A stretch of 64,000 bases of DNA. Origin: Thermoplasmatales archaeon (GTDB taxonomy: Archaea > Thermoplasmatota > Thermoplasmata > Thermoplasmatales > Thermoplasmataceae). Below are positions 29,009 through 39,396 of the stretch, one piece after another. The number at the start of each line of letters is the position of its first letter. Positions within the stretch are counted from its first letter, which is position 1. The notes beneath the pieces were generated by a model. That model searched no databases. It worked only from the letters and a program-made list of their open reading frames with translations, and was not told the DNA's origin. Location: positions 192,001 through 256,000 of the forward strand of contig DAIDBH010000014.1 in the NCBI GenBank assembly GCA_027310185.1, read 5' to 3'. The position numbers and the translations under genes are program-made.

Positions 29009-30709
29009 TCATGAATAAACGAAGCCAATATCGGAATCTATGAGCACATTATCACCATCTTTGACATCATTGAGCACTATTGTACTGTATATGCACGTTT
29101 TCCCTGCTTTTTGAATTTTCTGTATTACCGATCTTACTGGATTTCCTGTTATTATGAAAGCTTCATAGGAACTGAAATCAAAATTATCTCCTGCAATTTG
29201 TTCGCAGCTTCCCATGTAGATACTTCCATTTCCACTGTTGATTCTTCCAGATACATTCTTTCCTGATGCATATCCTCTGGCAACAAGGATTCCAGCTGTG
29301 AGAACACTGACCTGGGCTGTACCTGCAAATAGGTGATCGGGATGACCGGAGATTACAACTATCCTCTCCCCCTTAAGGATCATCCCATCCCTAACCAGTG
29401 CATTTAGAACATCCTTTACAGAGATATCTTCTGTGAAATTTTCCATGACATATGGAAACACTCCACGGTAAAGATTGGTTCTGGATGCAACATATCTTGA
29501 AGGTGTTACGGATATTATTCCAGAGGATGGCCTCATTGATGATGCCATCCTGGCGGTGTTCCCGCCCCTTGTGCATGCTACAATATGATGTGCATTTATC
29601 TGGTCAGAAAGAATCTTTGTTGACCTTGCGACAGAAAACGTTACCCTGCTTCCCGTGAATTCCCTTGGCTCTTCAAAATTATGGTAAAATGACTCCACAT
29701 ATAGTGAAGTGTCTTTCAGCACTTTCACAGCTTCAAGTGGAAAAGAACCTATTGCTGTCTCTTCAGAGAGCATGAGTGCGTCAGTGTTGTCCAGGATGGC
29801 ATTTGTCACGTCTGAAATTTCTGCCCTGGTTGGTGAATCACTTGAAACCATGCTTTCAAGCATCTGGGTTGCTACTATTATTGGTATGCCATTTGAATGT
29901 GCCTTCTGCATTATGTACTTCTGGCTTACTGTTACCTCATGAACAGGCATCTCTACACCGAGATCGCCTCTTGCAACCATTATGGCATCAGTTGCCTTTA
30001 CTATGCCGTCTATGTTTTCCATGGCCTGCTTGGTTTCAATTTTGGCAATAAGATGGATGTTTCCCCCCATCTCTCCTATCATGTCATGAACCATGTCTAT
30101 TTCATCACGATTCTGGACGAATGAAAGTGCAATATATTCAACATTTTTTTCAACTGACATCTTCAGGTATTCCTTGTCCCTTTCCTGCAGTATACCCATG
30201 GGAATGTACCTTCCGGGAATGTTCATTCTTCCGTTGTTTTTCAATATGCCATCAACTGAAGAACTCAATTTGCAGATCCTTTCTCCTTCCCCTGTAACAG
30301 TAGTTCTTATCTTTCCATCCATGAATAGAACTTCATCACCCTTCTTCAGTGAGTTAACCACACCATCAACAGCTATGCAGATGTCAGCTTTTTCATCCTT
30401 CTGTCCCAGAGTATATTCCTTACCTGCTGTAATGGTAATTGTATCTCCCTTCAACAGGGCTCTCAACTCCGGCCCCTTAAGATCGACCATTATGCTCACA
30501 TACATCTTCCTCTCACTGGCCATCCTATCCCTGAAATCCACCAGATTCTGAAGTTCTTCCTTCGTACTGTGTGCAGTGTTCAGCCTGAAACATGTAACCC
30601 CAGATTCTACCATACTTTCCATTATATTTTCCTTGGAACATGCAGGACCATATGTGGCAACAATCTTGGTCTTAGGTCTCTTTGAAATGTCCATCTTCTG
30701 ATAATTCAT
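29009..30709 (-). CDS. pyk: Pyruvate kinase
   Basis: TKIVATYGP, DLKGPELR, AKIE, MVARGDLGVE, ATQMLESM, PTRAE. Confidence 0.97.
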   Translation of the reverse strand: MNYQKMDISKRPKTKIVATYGPACSKENIMESMVESGVTCFRLNTAHSTKEELQNLVDFRDRMASERKMYVSIMVDLKGPELRALLKGDTITITAGKEYTLGQKDEKADICIAVDGVVNSLKKGDEVLFMDGKIRTTVTGEGERICKLSSSVDGILKNNGRMNIPGRYIPMGILQERDKEYLKMSVEKNVEYIALSFVQNRDEIDMVHDMIGEMGGNIHLIAKIETKQAMENIDGIVKATDAIMVARGDLGVEMPVHEVTVSQKYIMQKAHSNGIPIIVATQMLESMVSSDSPTRAEISDVTNAILDNTDALMLSEETAIGSFPLEAVKVLKDTSLYVESFYHNFEEPREFTGSRVTFSVARSTKILSDQINAHHIVACTRGGNTARMASSMRPSSGIISVTPSRYVASRTNLYRGVFPYVMENFTEDISVKDVLNALVRDGMILKGERIVVISGHPDHLFAGTAQVSVLTAGILVARGYASGKNVSGRINSGNGSIYMGSCEQIAGDNFDFSSYEAFIITGNPVRSVIQKIQKAGKTCIYSTIVLNDVKDGDNVLIDSDIGFVYS

Positions 30710-30828
30710 GGATTTAAAAGTGTATTATGGTATAATAAGAAAACTAATGATTCGTTGTGAAGACCTGTTCAGAATTGCATGAATAAACATTGACAAAAAT
30801 AAATAACTTTAGTTTTATCATGATCTGA

Positions 30829-31446
30829 ATGACGGAGAAATATCCCATAGAAGCAGTTATTGAAGTTGAAAGGGACGACTGCAAGATTACCCAGGCAATA
30901 ATGAAGATGAAAGGGGTAAAATCAGTAACGAGACTCAAGATAGAAGTTGATGAGACACTGCATCTGGTTGAGAAGGAGACATTTACGGATGAGGATATGA
31001 GAATCATCAATTCCCTTTCAAAAAAGGTTGCAAAAACCGGTCCCGGTAAGTTGTGGATATATGGAAAGAGCTGTTCGGCCTGCAAGGCGCTGGCACTGAG
31101 CGAGGCGGTCATGGTTTCCAGTAAATCAGTTGACTCGAGGAAGATCCTTTTCAGGATCCTGGTTGAGAACAGAGTTTCACTGAAAAAATTGATGAAACAA
31201 CTTGAAGCAGATCAGTTAAACCCAAAGATTGTTGAAGAACCGGATGAACAGAGGAATGAAATGTCAGATAGAGAACTGAGTGTGCTCAAGATGTGCTATG
31301 ATCTTGGTTACTTTGAGAATGACAGGGCATCATCACTGACAGAGATAGCGAAAGTACTGGGTGTTTCAACATCATCCCTATCAGAAACATTAAGGAGGGC
31401 GATGAAAAAAACAGTGAGGGATTATCTCACAAGAAAGAATCCCTGA
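30829..31446 (+). CDS. Transcription regulator with Bat-type (HTH_10) domain
   Basis: C-terminal MSDRELSVLKMCYDLGYFE..ASSLTEIAKVLGVSTSSLSETLRRA. Confidence 0.85.
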   Translation: MTEKYPIEAVIEVERDDCKITQAIMKMKGVKSVTRLKIEVDETLHLVEKETFTDEDMRIINSLSKKVAKTGPGKLWIYGKSCSACKALALSEAVMVSSKSVDSRKILFRILVENRVSLKKLMKQLEADQLNPKIVEEPDEQRNEMSDRELSVLKMCYDLGYFENDRASSLTEIAKVLGVSTSSLSETLRRAMKKTVRDYLTRKNP

Positions 31447-31524
31447 TATTTTTCCCTCTATTTTATTGCCTGTAACAATACCTGATTGAAATTCCTGGCT
31501 AATGATATTTATTTCAAAAATGAA

Positions 31525-31545
31525 GAATCAGGTAATGCCTGATTC
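31525..31545. terminator. Perfect 8-bp hairpin between convergent genes
   Basis: GAATCAGG-taatg-CCTGATTC between the regulator and DAHP synthase 3' ends. Confidence 0.35.
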
Positions 31546-31563
31546 CCTGGTTTAGAAAGTAAT

Positions 31564-32343
31564 TTAAAGATTCAGTGCCCTTATTTTCATGGCCTTTTTG
31601 TAAAGTGAAGAAAACTCCTTGAAGTTCAGTTGCTGTTCCTTATCGCTCATTGCCTCTTCCGGCCTTGGATGCGTTTCTACCATTAATCCATCTGCTCCGG
31701 CCGCCACCGCTGCCAGTGCAAGTGGTTCAACATATTCCCTTCTTCCTGCTGGATGACTTGGATCCACCACTATGGGGAATTTTACCTTTTTCCTGAGCAC
31801 AGGAATTGCCGAAATATCCAGGGTGAATCTGGTAGAAGTTTCGAACGTCCTGATACCCCTCTCAACGAGAATTATATCCTCGTTTCCACCAGCACTGAGA
31901 TATCTGGAAGCCTGATAGAATTCCTCAACAGTGTTTCCGAATCCCCTCTTCAGAAGGACGGGTTTCGATTGTTTCGCCACGTCCTTTAACAGGGAAAAAT
32001 TCTGACAGTTCCTGCTTCCTATCTGCAATATATCTGCATATTCACTGACAAGTTCCAGTTCATCGTTTCCCATTACCTCGGTAACCACAAGCATATTGTA
32101 TTTGTCTGCTGCTTCCCTCATTAGCTTCAATCCAGTTTCAGCGAGTCCCTGGAATGAATCTGGAGAGGTTCTGGGCTTGAACGCCCCTCCCCGCAGTATC
32201 TTTACGCCCAGTGTTGACAGGAATTTGGCCGTCTCCATCATCTGGTCTCTGCTTTCCACGGCGCATGGGCCTGCAATAAACCTCAGGCTTCCTTCTGGAA
32301 AGAGTTCTCTAACATTATTCATTTCTTTCATCATCGTAATCAC
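31564..32343 (-). CDS. aroF: DAHP synthase type I-beta without regulatory domain
   Basis: [38 protein letters not shown]. Confidence 0.93.
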   Translation of the reverse strand: MITMMKEMNNVRELFPEGSLRFIAGPCAVESRDQMMETAKFLSTLGVKILRGGAFKPRTSPDSFQGLAETGLKLMREAADKYNMLVVTEVMGNDELELVSEYADILQIGSRNCQNFSLLKDVAKQSKPVLLKRGFGNTVEEFYQASRYLSAGGNEDIILVERGIRTFETSTRFTLDISAIPVLRKKVKFPIVVDPSHPAGRREYVEPLALAAVAAGADGLMVETHPRPEEAMSDKEQQLNFKEFSSLYKKAMKIRALNL

Positions 32344-33067
32344 TTCCTTCTTTTTTAATTTCTACAACAAATTTTGGTTCTTTCAGAACAGATGTGCCTA
32401 TAAGGTATCCATCAAATGGCATTTTGAGCAACTTCCTGAAATTGTCTCGGTCAAGACCACTTTCAAGGATCTTCACACCATGTTCTGCCATCATATCTAC
32501 TACCTGATCTTCCTTCCCTTCCATCTTTAGGGTCCGTAGATTTCTTCGGTTATATCCACATATCACATTTCTTCCATGAGGTATCCTGTCAAAAACTTCC
32601 TTTTCGTGGAATTCGGCAAGTACATCCATATGCATGCTACCAGCGTATTCTGCCAGTTCTTCCAGCCGTGATGCTGGAAGGAAATCTGCAATCAATAATA
32701 TGGCGTCAAATCCACAATTATATGAAGTTTCTATCATTTCCTCCCTGTCTATGAAATCCTTCATAAGAATCGGCTTTTCCAGTTTCTGCAGATTTAAGGC
32801 ATCAGTGAAATTTCCTGAGAAGTGATCTGGCTCAGTGAGAACGCTGAACGCATCGGCATAATCATTGACATATTCTGCAAATTTCTCAGGACTTGAGAAT
32901 GTGGGGCTGGAAAATCCCGAAGGCGACTCCCTCTTGTACTCTATGATCAGTCTTTTTCCCCCTTTACCCAGCACATTCTTCATCGATATTGGCTTCCTTG
33001 ATCTCATATCCTCACTTACGAGATTACGCTTTTCATTTTTCTTGTAAATCTGTTCAACTACATTCAA
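32315..33067 (-). CDS. trpC: Indole-3-glycerol phosphate synthase
   Basis: [33 protein letters not shown]. Confidence 0.92.
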   Translation of the reverse strand: MNVVEQIYKKNEKRNLVSEDMRSRKPISMKNVLGKGGKRLIIEYKRESPSGFSSPTFSSPEKFAEYVNDYADAFSVLTEPDHFSGNFTDALNLQKLEKPILMKDFIDREEMIETSYNCGFDAILLIADFLPASRLEELAEYAGSMHMDVLAEFHEKEVFDRIPHGRNVICGYNRRNLRTLKMEGKEDQVVDMMAEHGVKILESGLDRDNFRKLLKMPFDGYLIGTSVLKEPKFVVEIKKEGSDYDDERNE

Positions 33068-33068
33068 T

Positions 33069-33629
33069 TCAATCCCTCATGAAATTCTCCAGCAGCTGTC
33101 TTCCATATTCGGAATAAAAACTCTCGGGATGGAACTGCACTCCAAATCTTTTCATATCTGGAGTATGAAAACCCATAATGCTGCCATCTGACTGGGAGAT
33201 GCAGTCAGGTATTATTCCAGGAGAAGGACGCACTGTAAGGGAATGATATCTTATTGCCCTGAACTGCTTTGGTATGCCCTGATATAAGGGAGAATCTCCG
33301 TGTATCATTGTGTCAACTTCTCCATGAAACTGGCGGTCCATTCGTTCAATCGCAGAACCATTGTTATATGCAATAACCTGATGACCGAAGCATATACCCA
33401 GGATCCTTGAATTCTTAACTTTGGTGAGGAATGTGTCAAGATCACCCCTGTCTTCATGAATCGATGGGCTTCCAGGTCCTGGAGAAATAACTATCCTGTC
33501 GTAATCACTTACTCTTATACCACTCAGTTCATCATTCTTCACAACTTCCACGCTAGATCCGATTTCACCCAGAAGCTGTTCTATATTATACACGAACGAA
33601 TCGTAATTATCAATTAACAATATCTTCAT
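33069..33629 (-). CDS. trpG: Anthranilate synthase component II (glutamine amidotransferase)
   Basis: IDNYDSF, SPGPG, LGICFGHQ, RYHSL, QFHPES. Confidence 0.95.
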   Translation of the reverse strand: MKILLIDNYDSFVYNIEQLLGEIGSSVEVVKNDELSGIRVSDYDRIVISPGPGSPSIHEDRGDLDTFLTKVKNSRILGICFGHQVIAYNNGSAIERMDRQFHGEVDTMIHGDSPLYQGIPKQFRAIRYHSLTVRPSPGIIPDCISQSDGSIMGFHTPDMKRFGVQFHPESFYSEYGRQLLENFMRD

Positions 33630-34752
33630 TTAACTTACCTCCAACTGCTGAGTATGATTTCATCCTGATTTCGTCAACTTCCCTCTCTGGATCGGAATCC
33701 TTCACAATGCCTGCACCGGATCTTACGAAATATCCATTTCCGTTTCCATAAATTGTTCGTATTGCCAGTGCCATGTCCATTCTTTGATCATCAATCAGGC
33801 CGAGGCATCCTGCATAGGGCCCTCTGGGAGATGTTTCAAGATCATTAATGATCCTTATTGCCCTGTCCTTAGGTGCTCCACTTACAGTGCCGGCTGGAAA
33901 AACAGCGTTTATGATTTCACTGTTTTCAAAACCTTTCCTGAGTCTTGATCTAACCTGGCTAACTATGTGCATTACAGATGAGAATCGCCTGATTTCCATG
34001 GATCTTTCAACATGCACGGACCCATATTCTGAAATCTTTCCCAGATCATTTCTTGCAAGATCTACGAGCATCCTGTGTTCCAGTAGTTCCTTTGGATCTG
34101 ACAGCAAATCGCCTGCGATCGCCTCATTTTCCGTTTCTTCAGTAGAGACCTTTCTTGTGCCAGCGATAGGTTCTATCATCAATTCATCTCCGTCCCTGCT
34201 TATGAGATTTTCAGGGGAACTACCAAATATTTCATATTCATTGAACCTGAAATAGTAGACATACAGAGATCTATCCATTTTCAGGAATGATCTAACCATT
34301 TCCACTGGATCAAGTGAAAACGGCCCGAATTCCCTTGAAATAACAACCTGAAGAGCTTCTCCATTCCTTATCCTTTCCCTTGCCTCGATTATTTTCCTTT
34401 CCATTTCAGGATCTTTTACTCTTTCCGTCATAGGTGAATGAACTGCCTCACGAGATCTCCTGTATTTTCCCCTTACTGTTGTTTCAGGAATCAGCATCAA
34501 CAGAGGAGGGAAGAGTCCTTCCTTTGCCCTGGACTTAAATATACTGTTTACAAGTGAAAATGAAAGAATCACCGGTGTTTCCTCATGTATGTTCCTCAAA
34601 ACGTCTGTGTTACTGGCTTCAACAACTTCTGTGCCTGAGATCAGGGTTTCCTCTCCTGTTAATCTATCTTCGTCCACAAATTTACAGAAATATGCAAAGT
34701 TTTTATTTCTCCTTTTGAGTTCTTTTACGGTTGCTAAAACATCACTTTCCAT
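33610..34752 (-). CDS. trpE: Anthranilate synthase component I (short)
   Basis: GSSPE, PIAGTR, EHRMLVDLARNDL, FPAGTVSGAPK, GAGIV. Confidence 0.93.
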   Translation of the reverse strand: MESDVLATVKELKRRNKNFAYFCKFVDEDRLTGEETLISGTEVVEASNTDVLRNIHEETPVILSFSLVNSIFKSRAKEGLFPPLLMLIPETTVRGKYRRSREAVHSPMTERVKDPEMERKIIEARERIRNGEALQVVISREFGPFSLDPVEMVRSFLKMDRSLYVYYFRFNEYEIFGSSPENLISRDGDELMIEPIAGTRKVSTEETENEAIAGDLLSDPKELLEHRMLVDLARNDLGKISEYGSVHVERSMEIRRFSSVMHIVSQVRSRLRKGFENSEIINAVFPAGTVSGAPKDRAIRIINDLETSPRGPYAGCLGLIDDQRMDMALAIRTIYGNGNGYFVRSGAGIVKDSDPEREVDEIRMKSYSAVGGKLNEDIVN

Positions 34753-35350
34753 ATCCAGCCTCCCTGAAAAAATTCCTGATCTTTAAGGCATCCTTCTTTC
34801 CAGGATAGGCTTCAAGCCCACTGCTGGCATCCACAAATCCCGGGTGGTAATCAATGATTTTTCTTATGTTTTCCGGGTTTATCTTTCCAGCCACACCCAC
34901 CTTTTCATTGAGGAAGGATCTTATATCCTGCATTTTCCCTGATATGCCACTCCTGCTTTCGAGAAGCACAAGATCCGCTTTTCTTGTTCTTTCCTTCATT
35001 GTGACTGATTCTATTACCTCCCGATCAACATCGATCACGGAAATTATCTTTCTTCCATCCTCCCTTATCCTGTCAATATCCTGGGCCGCGTTTGGAAAAT
35101 GAAGCTGTGCATAATCTTCTCCTGAGTCGTACTTTAAGCATGTTTCCATATCTGTATAAACTGAGGCCACATTCATCCCATATTCCTTCAGCTCCATCAC
35201 CAGCTCCCTTGACCCCTTCCTCGGGGATATATCTGACAGGACTACTCCTATTATGGATGCACCTGAATCCCTTGCAATTCTTGCATCTTCAAAATTTGTT
35301 ATTCCGCATACCTTAAAAAACAGAGGATATCGCCTCCTGTACCTTTCCAC
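34742..35350 (-). CDS. trpF: Phosphoribosylanthranilate isomerase
   Basis: KVCGIT, QLH, AGKINPEN, VDASSGLE..PGKKD. Confidence 0.9.
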   Translation of the reverse strand: MERYRRRYPLFFKVCGITNFEDARIARDSGASIIGVVLSDISPRKGSRELVMELKEYGMNVASVYTDMETCLKYDSGEDYAQLHFPNAAQDIDRIREDGRKIISVIDVDREVIESVTMKERTRKADLVLLESRSGISGKMQDIRSFLNEKVGVAGKINPENIRKIIDYHPGFVDASSGLEAYPGKKDALKIRNFFREAGYGK

Positions 35351-36332
35351 CGGTTATCTCATTGAGCTTCTCGACTGCCATCCCATTTTTTATGCTCCTG
35401 TATGCTGTTCCATAAGCTTCCTTCATGTCTCCTGAAATGCCATTCAGTATCAGGCATGGCGCTGCATTAAGTGCAATGAATTTTGCAGCTGATTCGTTCC
35501 TGCCACTCAGCCCTCCAAGTGTTTTTACAAATATCTCGTCCTTATTCTGGCCTGTGACCTCATCTTCCTCTATTCTTCCTTCTGTTATTCCCCTTGCTTC
35601 AATTTCTTTCCTTTTTATTTCCTGATCTACAAAGGAGAGCGTGGACTTTCCACTGAATGAGATTTCGTCCATGCCGTCATTCCCCATGACAATAATCCCC
35701 TTCCTGTTCTGTATCCTGATGACATTTGAGAAGATATCCATTACCTGCGGTTCTGTGCAGCCTATTACAATTCTTCCAGGATTCAAGGGATTTGTCAGTG
35801 GTCCCATGAGATTGAATATGGTTCTGTGCCCCAGTTTCTTCCTTACAGGTGAGAATTTCTTGAATGCTTCATTATAGTGTGATGCTAGAATGAAGACAAA
35901 TTTTCTTGATTCCAGGTCAGACCTGATTTCATCCTCGTTTCTTGCAAACCTGTATCCTGCCTTCTCCATGAAATCGGCCCCACCAGATTTCCCGGTTATG
36001 CTTCTATTTCCATGTTTTCCCATTACTATTCCAAGAGAACTGCATACTAAGGATGCTGCCGTGCTCACGTTTATTGTTCCCTTCATGTCCCCACCTGTTC
36101 CAACAATATCAGTGCATCCAGGATATTCACCAACAGACGCAAGTTTCCTCAGTCCCTTTGAGAAGCCAGAGATTTCATTCAGATCCTCGCCCCTGACATG
36201 TATTGCTGAAAGAAAGGCAGCCCTTTCTGAGTCATTTACATCTGGCCCAGAAAGATAAGCTGGCAGCCTTTCCATTTCACCTTCACTAATGTGTATTCCT
36301 TCTATGATTTTCATAACAGTTTCAGATACCAT
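35313..36332 (-). CDS. trpD: Anthranilate phosphoribosyltransferase
   Basis: DIVGTGGD, NVST, KHGNRSITGKSG, RTIFNLMGPLTNP, GMDE. Confidence 0.95.
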   Translation of the reverse strand: MVSETVMKIIEGIHISEGEMERLPAYLSGPDVNDSERAAFLSAIHVRGEDLNEISGFSKGLRKLASVGEYPGCTDIVGTGGDMKGTINVSTAASLVCSSLGIVMGKHGNRSITGKSGGADFMEKAGYRFARNEDEIRSDLESRKFVFILASHYNEAFKKFSPVRKKLGHRTIFNLMGPLTNPLNPGRIVIGCTEPQVMDIFSNVIRIQNRKGIIVMGNDGMDEISFSGKSTLSFVDQEIKRKEIEARGITEGRIEEDEVTGQNKDEIFVKTLGGLSGRNESAAKFIALNAAPCLILNGISGDMKEAYGTAYRSIKNGMAVEKLNEITGGKVQEAISSVF

Positions 36333-37056
36333 TGAGACCATCCTCCAGCATTCTAATTTTTGAGTCAAACCCTGCCGTGTCCCCTGTTTCCATGAATGGC
36401 ACCAGGCTTGAACCTACAGCGATGCCATCTGCACCGGACTCCCTTAATTCCCTTATTTCTTCTGTACTGTTGATTCCAAATCCAAATATCAACTCACGTC
36501 CTGGACACAGTTCCTTTATCCTGTTTACCATCAGATCTATGCTAACAGGTACCCTTATCCCGGTGGAAGGTTGCAGCCCATGATAGATCCAGTCATTTGT
36601 CCTTGATGCAATATCCCTGATCACAGTATCCGGAGTGGATGATGTGAAAAATGGGATAAGTGAAAGCCCAGATTCATTCATCTTCCTGATAAGCTCATCC
36701 CTTTTTGAAAAGTAATCTGTCAGCAAATCCGGTATTATTGCCCCGCTGAAACCCATTGACTTCAGGTTTCCAAGAAATTCACTTTCATTACCTATAAAAT
36801 GGTTGTAATAAACAAGCGTGTATACCTTTATGCCCTTTGAAATGGCAGTTCTCAGGGTTTTTCTCAGCATTTCTTCTGAATAGTTTGCCCTTGCCCTGCT
36901 ATGGGTCTTCCTGATCACCGGTCCATCGTAATATGGATGATCGGTGGGTATTCCAAGCTCAAGGTAGTCATACCTGTGATTGAGGGATTGATCAAAGAAT
37001 CTCTGGAAGGTTTCCCTGTCTGGATATGGAAATGTGAAGTAGAGTGCCAGCTTCAT
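36322..37056 (-). CDS. trpA: Tryptophan synthase alpha subunit
   Basis: LELGIP..P..DGPVI, IIPDL, GFGI, ADGIAVGS. Confidence 0.93.
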   Translation of the reverse strand: MKLALYFTFPYPDRETFQRFFDQSLNHRYDYLELGIPTDHPYYDGPVIRKTHSRARANYSEEMLRKTLRTAISKGIKVYTLVYYNHFIGNESEFLGNLKSMGFSGAIIPDLLTDYFSKRDELIRKMNESGLSLIPFFTSSTPDTVIRDIASRTNDWIYHGLQPSTGIRVPVSIDLMVNRIKELCPGRELIFGFGINSTEEIRELRESGADGIAVGSSLVPFMETGDTAGFDSKIRMLEDGLNGI

Positions 37057-37057
37057 C

Positions 37058-38299
37058 CTAATCCCTTATTATGGAAAGGTCGAGTAATCCATGTCCACTG
37101 AGGTTGAATACCACTGTCTTTCCCTGATTTTCAGGGTTCCTGCAGTAATCAATCACTGTTGCGATTGCGTGGGATGATTCCGGTGCTGGCACTATACCCT
37201 GGGTTCTGGCAAACAGTTCCATGGCCTGCATACTCCTCTCCTCTGTAACTTCATCTGTCTTTATTCTTCCATTTTTGATCAGGAGGGATAGGGCAGGAGC
37301 TGCACCGTGATATCTTAATCCTCCGGCATAGATAGATGGTGGAATAAAATCAGCCCCAAGGGATAACATCTTCAATTCCGGCATTATACCTGCCGTGTCT
37401 ATGAGATCGTACTTGTAATTTCCCTTACTGAATTTCGGGACCTCACTTGCAGCGGTTGCAATCATTTCTGAATCCCCGCCAACAAAGGGGAATGTGAACC
37501 CTGAAAAGTTGCTTCCTCCTCCAACACAGCCAATGAGTGTGTCAGCCTTTTCTCCTATTGCTTCAAGCTGCTTTTTTGTTTCCTGACCGATCACGCTCTG
37601 ATGGGTTATTACAGCATTTTCCACACTTCCCATCATGTATTTAAGATCATGATCAAGGGCATACTGAACTGCCTCACTGATCGCTATGCCTAATGTTCCA
37701 GGATGATTCGGGTTTTCTGAAAGTATCTTCCTCCCGTACTCAGTCATGTTGCTTGGACTTGGATATGTATTCCCTCCATACAGCTTGATGATCTTCTTCC
37801 TCAATGGCTTCTGTTCATAGCTCACCTTTACCATGAAGACAGTTGACCTGATCCTGTTTAGAGTTGCTGCAAGGGCTGTGGCTGTTCCCCATTGCCCTGC
37901 ACCTGTTTCTGTGACAACTTCCTCAACGCCCTCCTTTCTTGCATAATATGCCTGTGGGAGTGCGGTGTTTATCTTGTGTGAGCCTGTGGCAGTTGCCCCT
38001 TCATTCTTGAAGAAGATCTTTCCCCTGAAATTCAGCAGCCTCTCCATGTTTATTGCCCTCACAAGAGGTGTGGGTCTTCCAATCTGCAGATACTGTTCTA
38101 TAACCTCATCGGGTATATCCTCATACCTGCTTGATGTGAACTCCTGCCTGAGTATTTCCTTTGGCAGGATCCTGTTCAGAAGATCTATGGATGATTTCTC
38201 TGAATCATGATCTCTTGGTGGTGAAAGTGGTTCTGGAAGATCAGGGACTATGTTATACCATTTTCTCGGTATTATTTCCTCCTTTGTTATTTCGTACAT
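37058..38299 (-). CDS. trpB: Tryptophan synthase beta subunit, TrpB2 type
   Basis: [45 protein letters not shown]. Confidence 0.96.
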   Translation of the reverse strand: MYEITKEEIIPRKWYNIVPDLPEPLSPPRDHDSEKSSIDLLNRILPKEILRQEFTSSRYEDIPDEVIEQYLQIGRPTPLVRAINMERLLNFRGKIFFKNEGATATGSHKINTALPQAYYARKEGVEEVVTETGAGQWGTATALAATLNRIRSTVFMVKVSYEQKPLRKKIIKLYGGNTYPSPSNMTEYGRKILSENPNHPGTLGIAISEAVQYALDHDLKYMMGSVENAVITHQSVIGQETKKQLEAIGEKADTLIGCVGGGSNFSGFTFPFVGGDSEMIATAASEVPKFSKGNYKYDLIDTAGIMPELKMLSLGADFIPPSIYAGGLRYHGAAPALSLLIKNGRIKTDEVTEERSMQAMELFARTQGIVPAPESSHAIATVIDYCRNPENQGKTVVFNLSGHGLLDLSIIRD

Positions 38300-38408
38300 A
38301 ATCCAGTAATGTAATGTTCATATTTATACATTAATGCTTATAATCCCATATCTAAAATATTAATTTAGTGCTATAAAATTTAAAAGTGTTAGCCCTCAAA
38401 ATGCTGAA

Positions 38409-39062
38409 TCATTCTTTTACACCCCTGTGTATATACACAGAACCTGCTCCCAGCCTGAATGTCTCAACATTTGTGTAACCTGATTTCTTCATCATCTGTG
38501 CAAAAGTTAAAGGTGTTACAAAATTTTTTACTGAATTTGCCAGGTACGTATAAGCTTCTGTGTGGGATACCCTGTTCATTATTGGGGGAACTAACCTGTA
38601 GAAATATACCCTGAAGGCAGGTGCTATGAAGTTTTTTCCAGGGTCAAATATATCCATGTTGCAGAATATGCCTCCATGCTTGAGAGTCCTGTATGATTCA
38701 TCCATATAATTCTGCAGTGTCGGAATGTTTCTTGTCAGGAAGCAGGAGACACACCTGTCAAATTCTCCATCGTCAAATGGCAATTTCTCTGCTGATGCGA
38801 CGGTGAAATTCACATTCTTGATTGGCCTTGGAAACATTTCCTTAGTCAGATCTACGGCATCTATCATAAGGTCCGGCATTCTTTTCAACATCTCTTCAGT
38901 GACCTTTCCGGACCCTGCACCAATATCTTCGACCCTCATTCCAGGTTTAATGTCAAGAAGATCAATCACTATTCTTCTCCATCTCCTGTCCATGCCAAAA
39001 CTCATCAGGGAATCGATGAAGTCATATTTAGTGCTTATCGACTTGAATATCTCCCTGACCAT
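38409..39062 (-). CDS. ubiE: UbiE/MenG-family quinone methyltransferase
   Basis: F.SI..KYD....MSFG.DRRWR, DIGAGSG, LPF, AYTYLANSV. Confidence 0.85.
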   Translation of the reverse strand: MVREIFKSISTKYDFIDSLMSFGMDRRWRRIVIDLLDIKPGMRVEDIGAGSGKVTEEMLKRMPDLMIDAVDLTKEMFPRPIKNVNFTVASAEKLPFDDGEFDRCVSCFLTRNIPTLQNYMDESYRTLKHGGIFCNMDIFDPGKNFIAPAFRVYFYRLVPPIMNRVSHTEAYTYLANSVKNFVTPLTFAQMMKKSGYTNVETFRLGAGSVYIHRGVKE

Positions 39063-39081
39063 GACCTCCTTTTCCAGACTA

Positions 39082-39396
39082 TCACCTTATCATTTTGGCG
39101 AACTGTGCATGAGGCACTCCTGAAATTGTGATTATGTTTCCCCTTTCAACAATTTTGCATTTTATTGCAAGTTCAACGGTGTTAATGCCTACAAAATTTC
39201 CTATTGTGCACATGCCCATGCTCTCAGCTAGAAATTTTTCAGTTACCTTTGTTGAACCATAGAAAGATTCCTTCACATCTATATGAAGAATGCCCTCCCT
39301 GAGTTCCTTCCCGATCAGATCTTCATCTGCTGCGCTTAAAATAACCTCACCCCTTATCTGCGTGAGCTTAGCCCTATACGCTTTCATCCCAATCAC
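39082..39396 (-). CDS. DUF424-family protein
   Basis: AADEDLIGK, ESFYG, NFVG, GVPHAQ. Confidence 0.85.
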   Translation of the reverse strand: MIGMKAYRAKLTQIRGEVILSAADEDLIGKELREGILHIDVKESFYGSTKVTEKFLAESMGMCTIGNFVGINTVELAIKCKIVERGNIITISGVPHAQFAKMIR

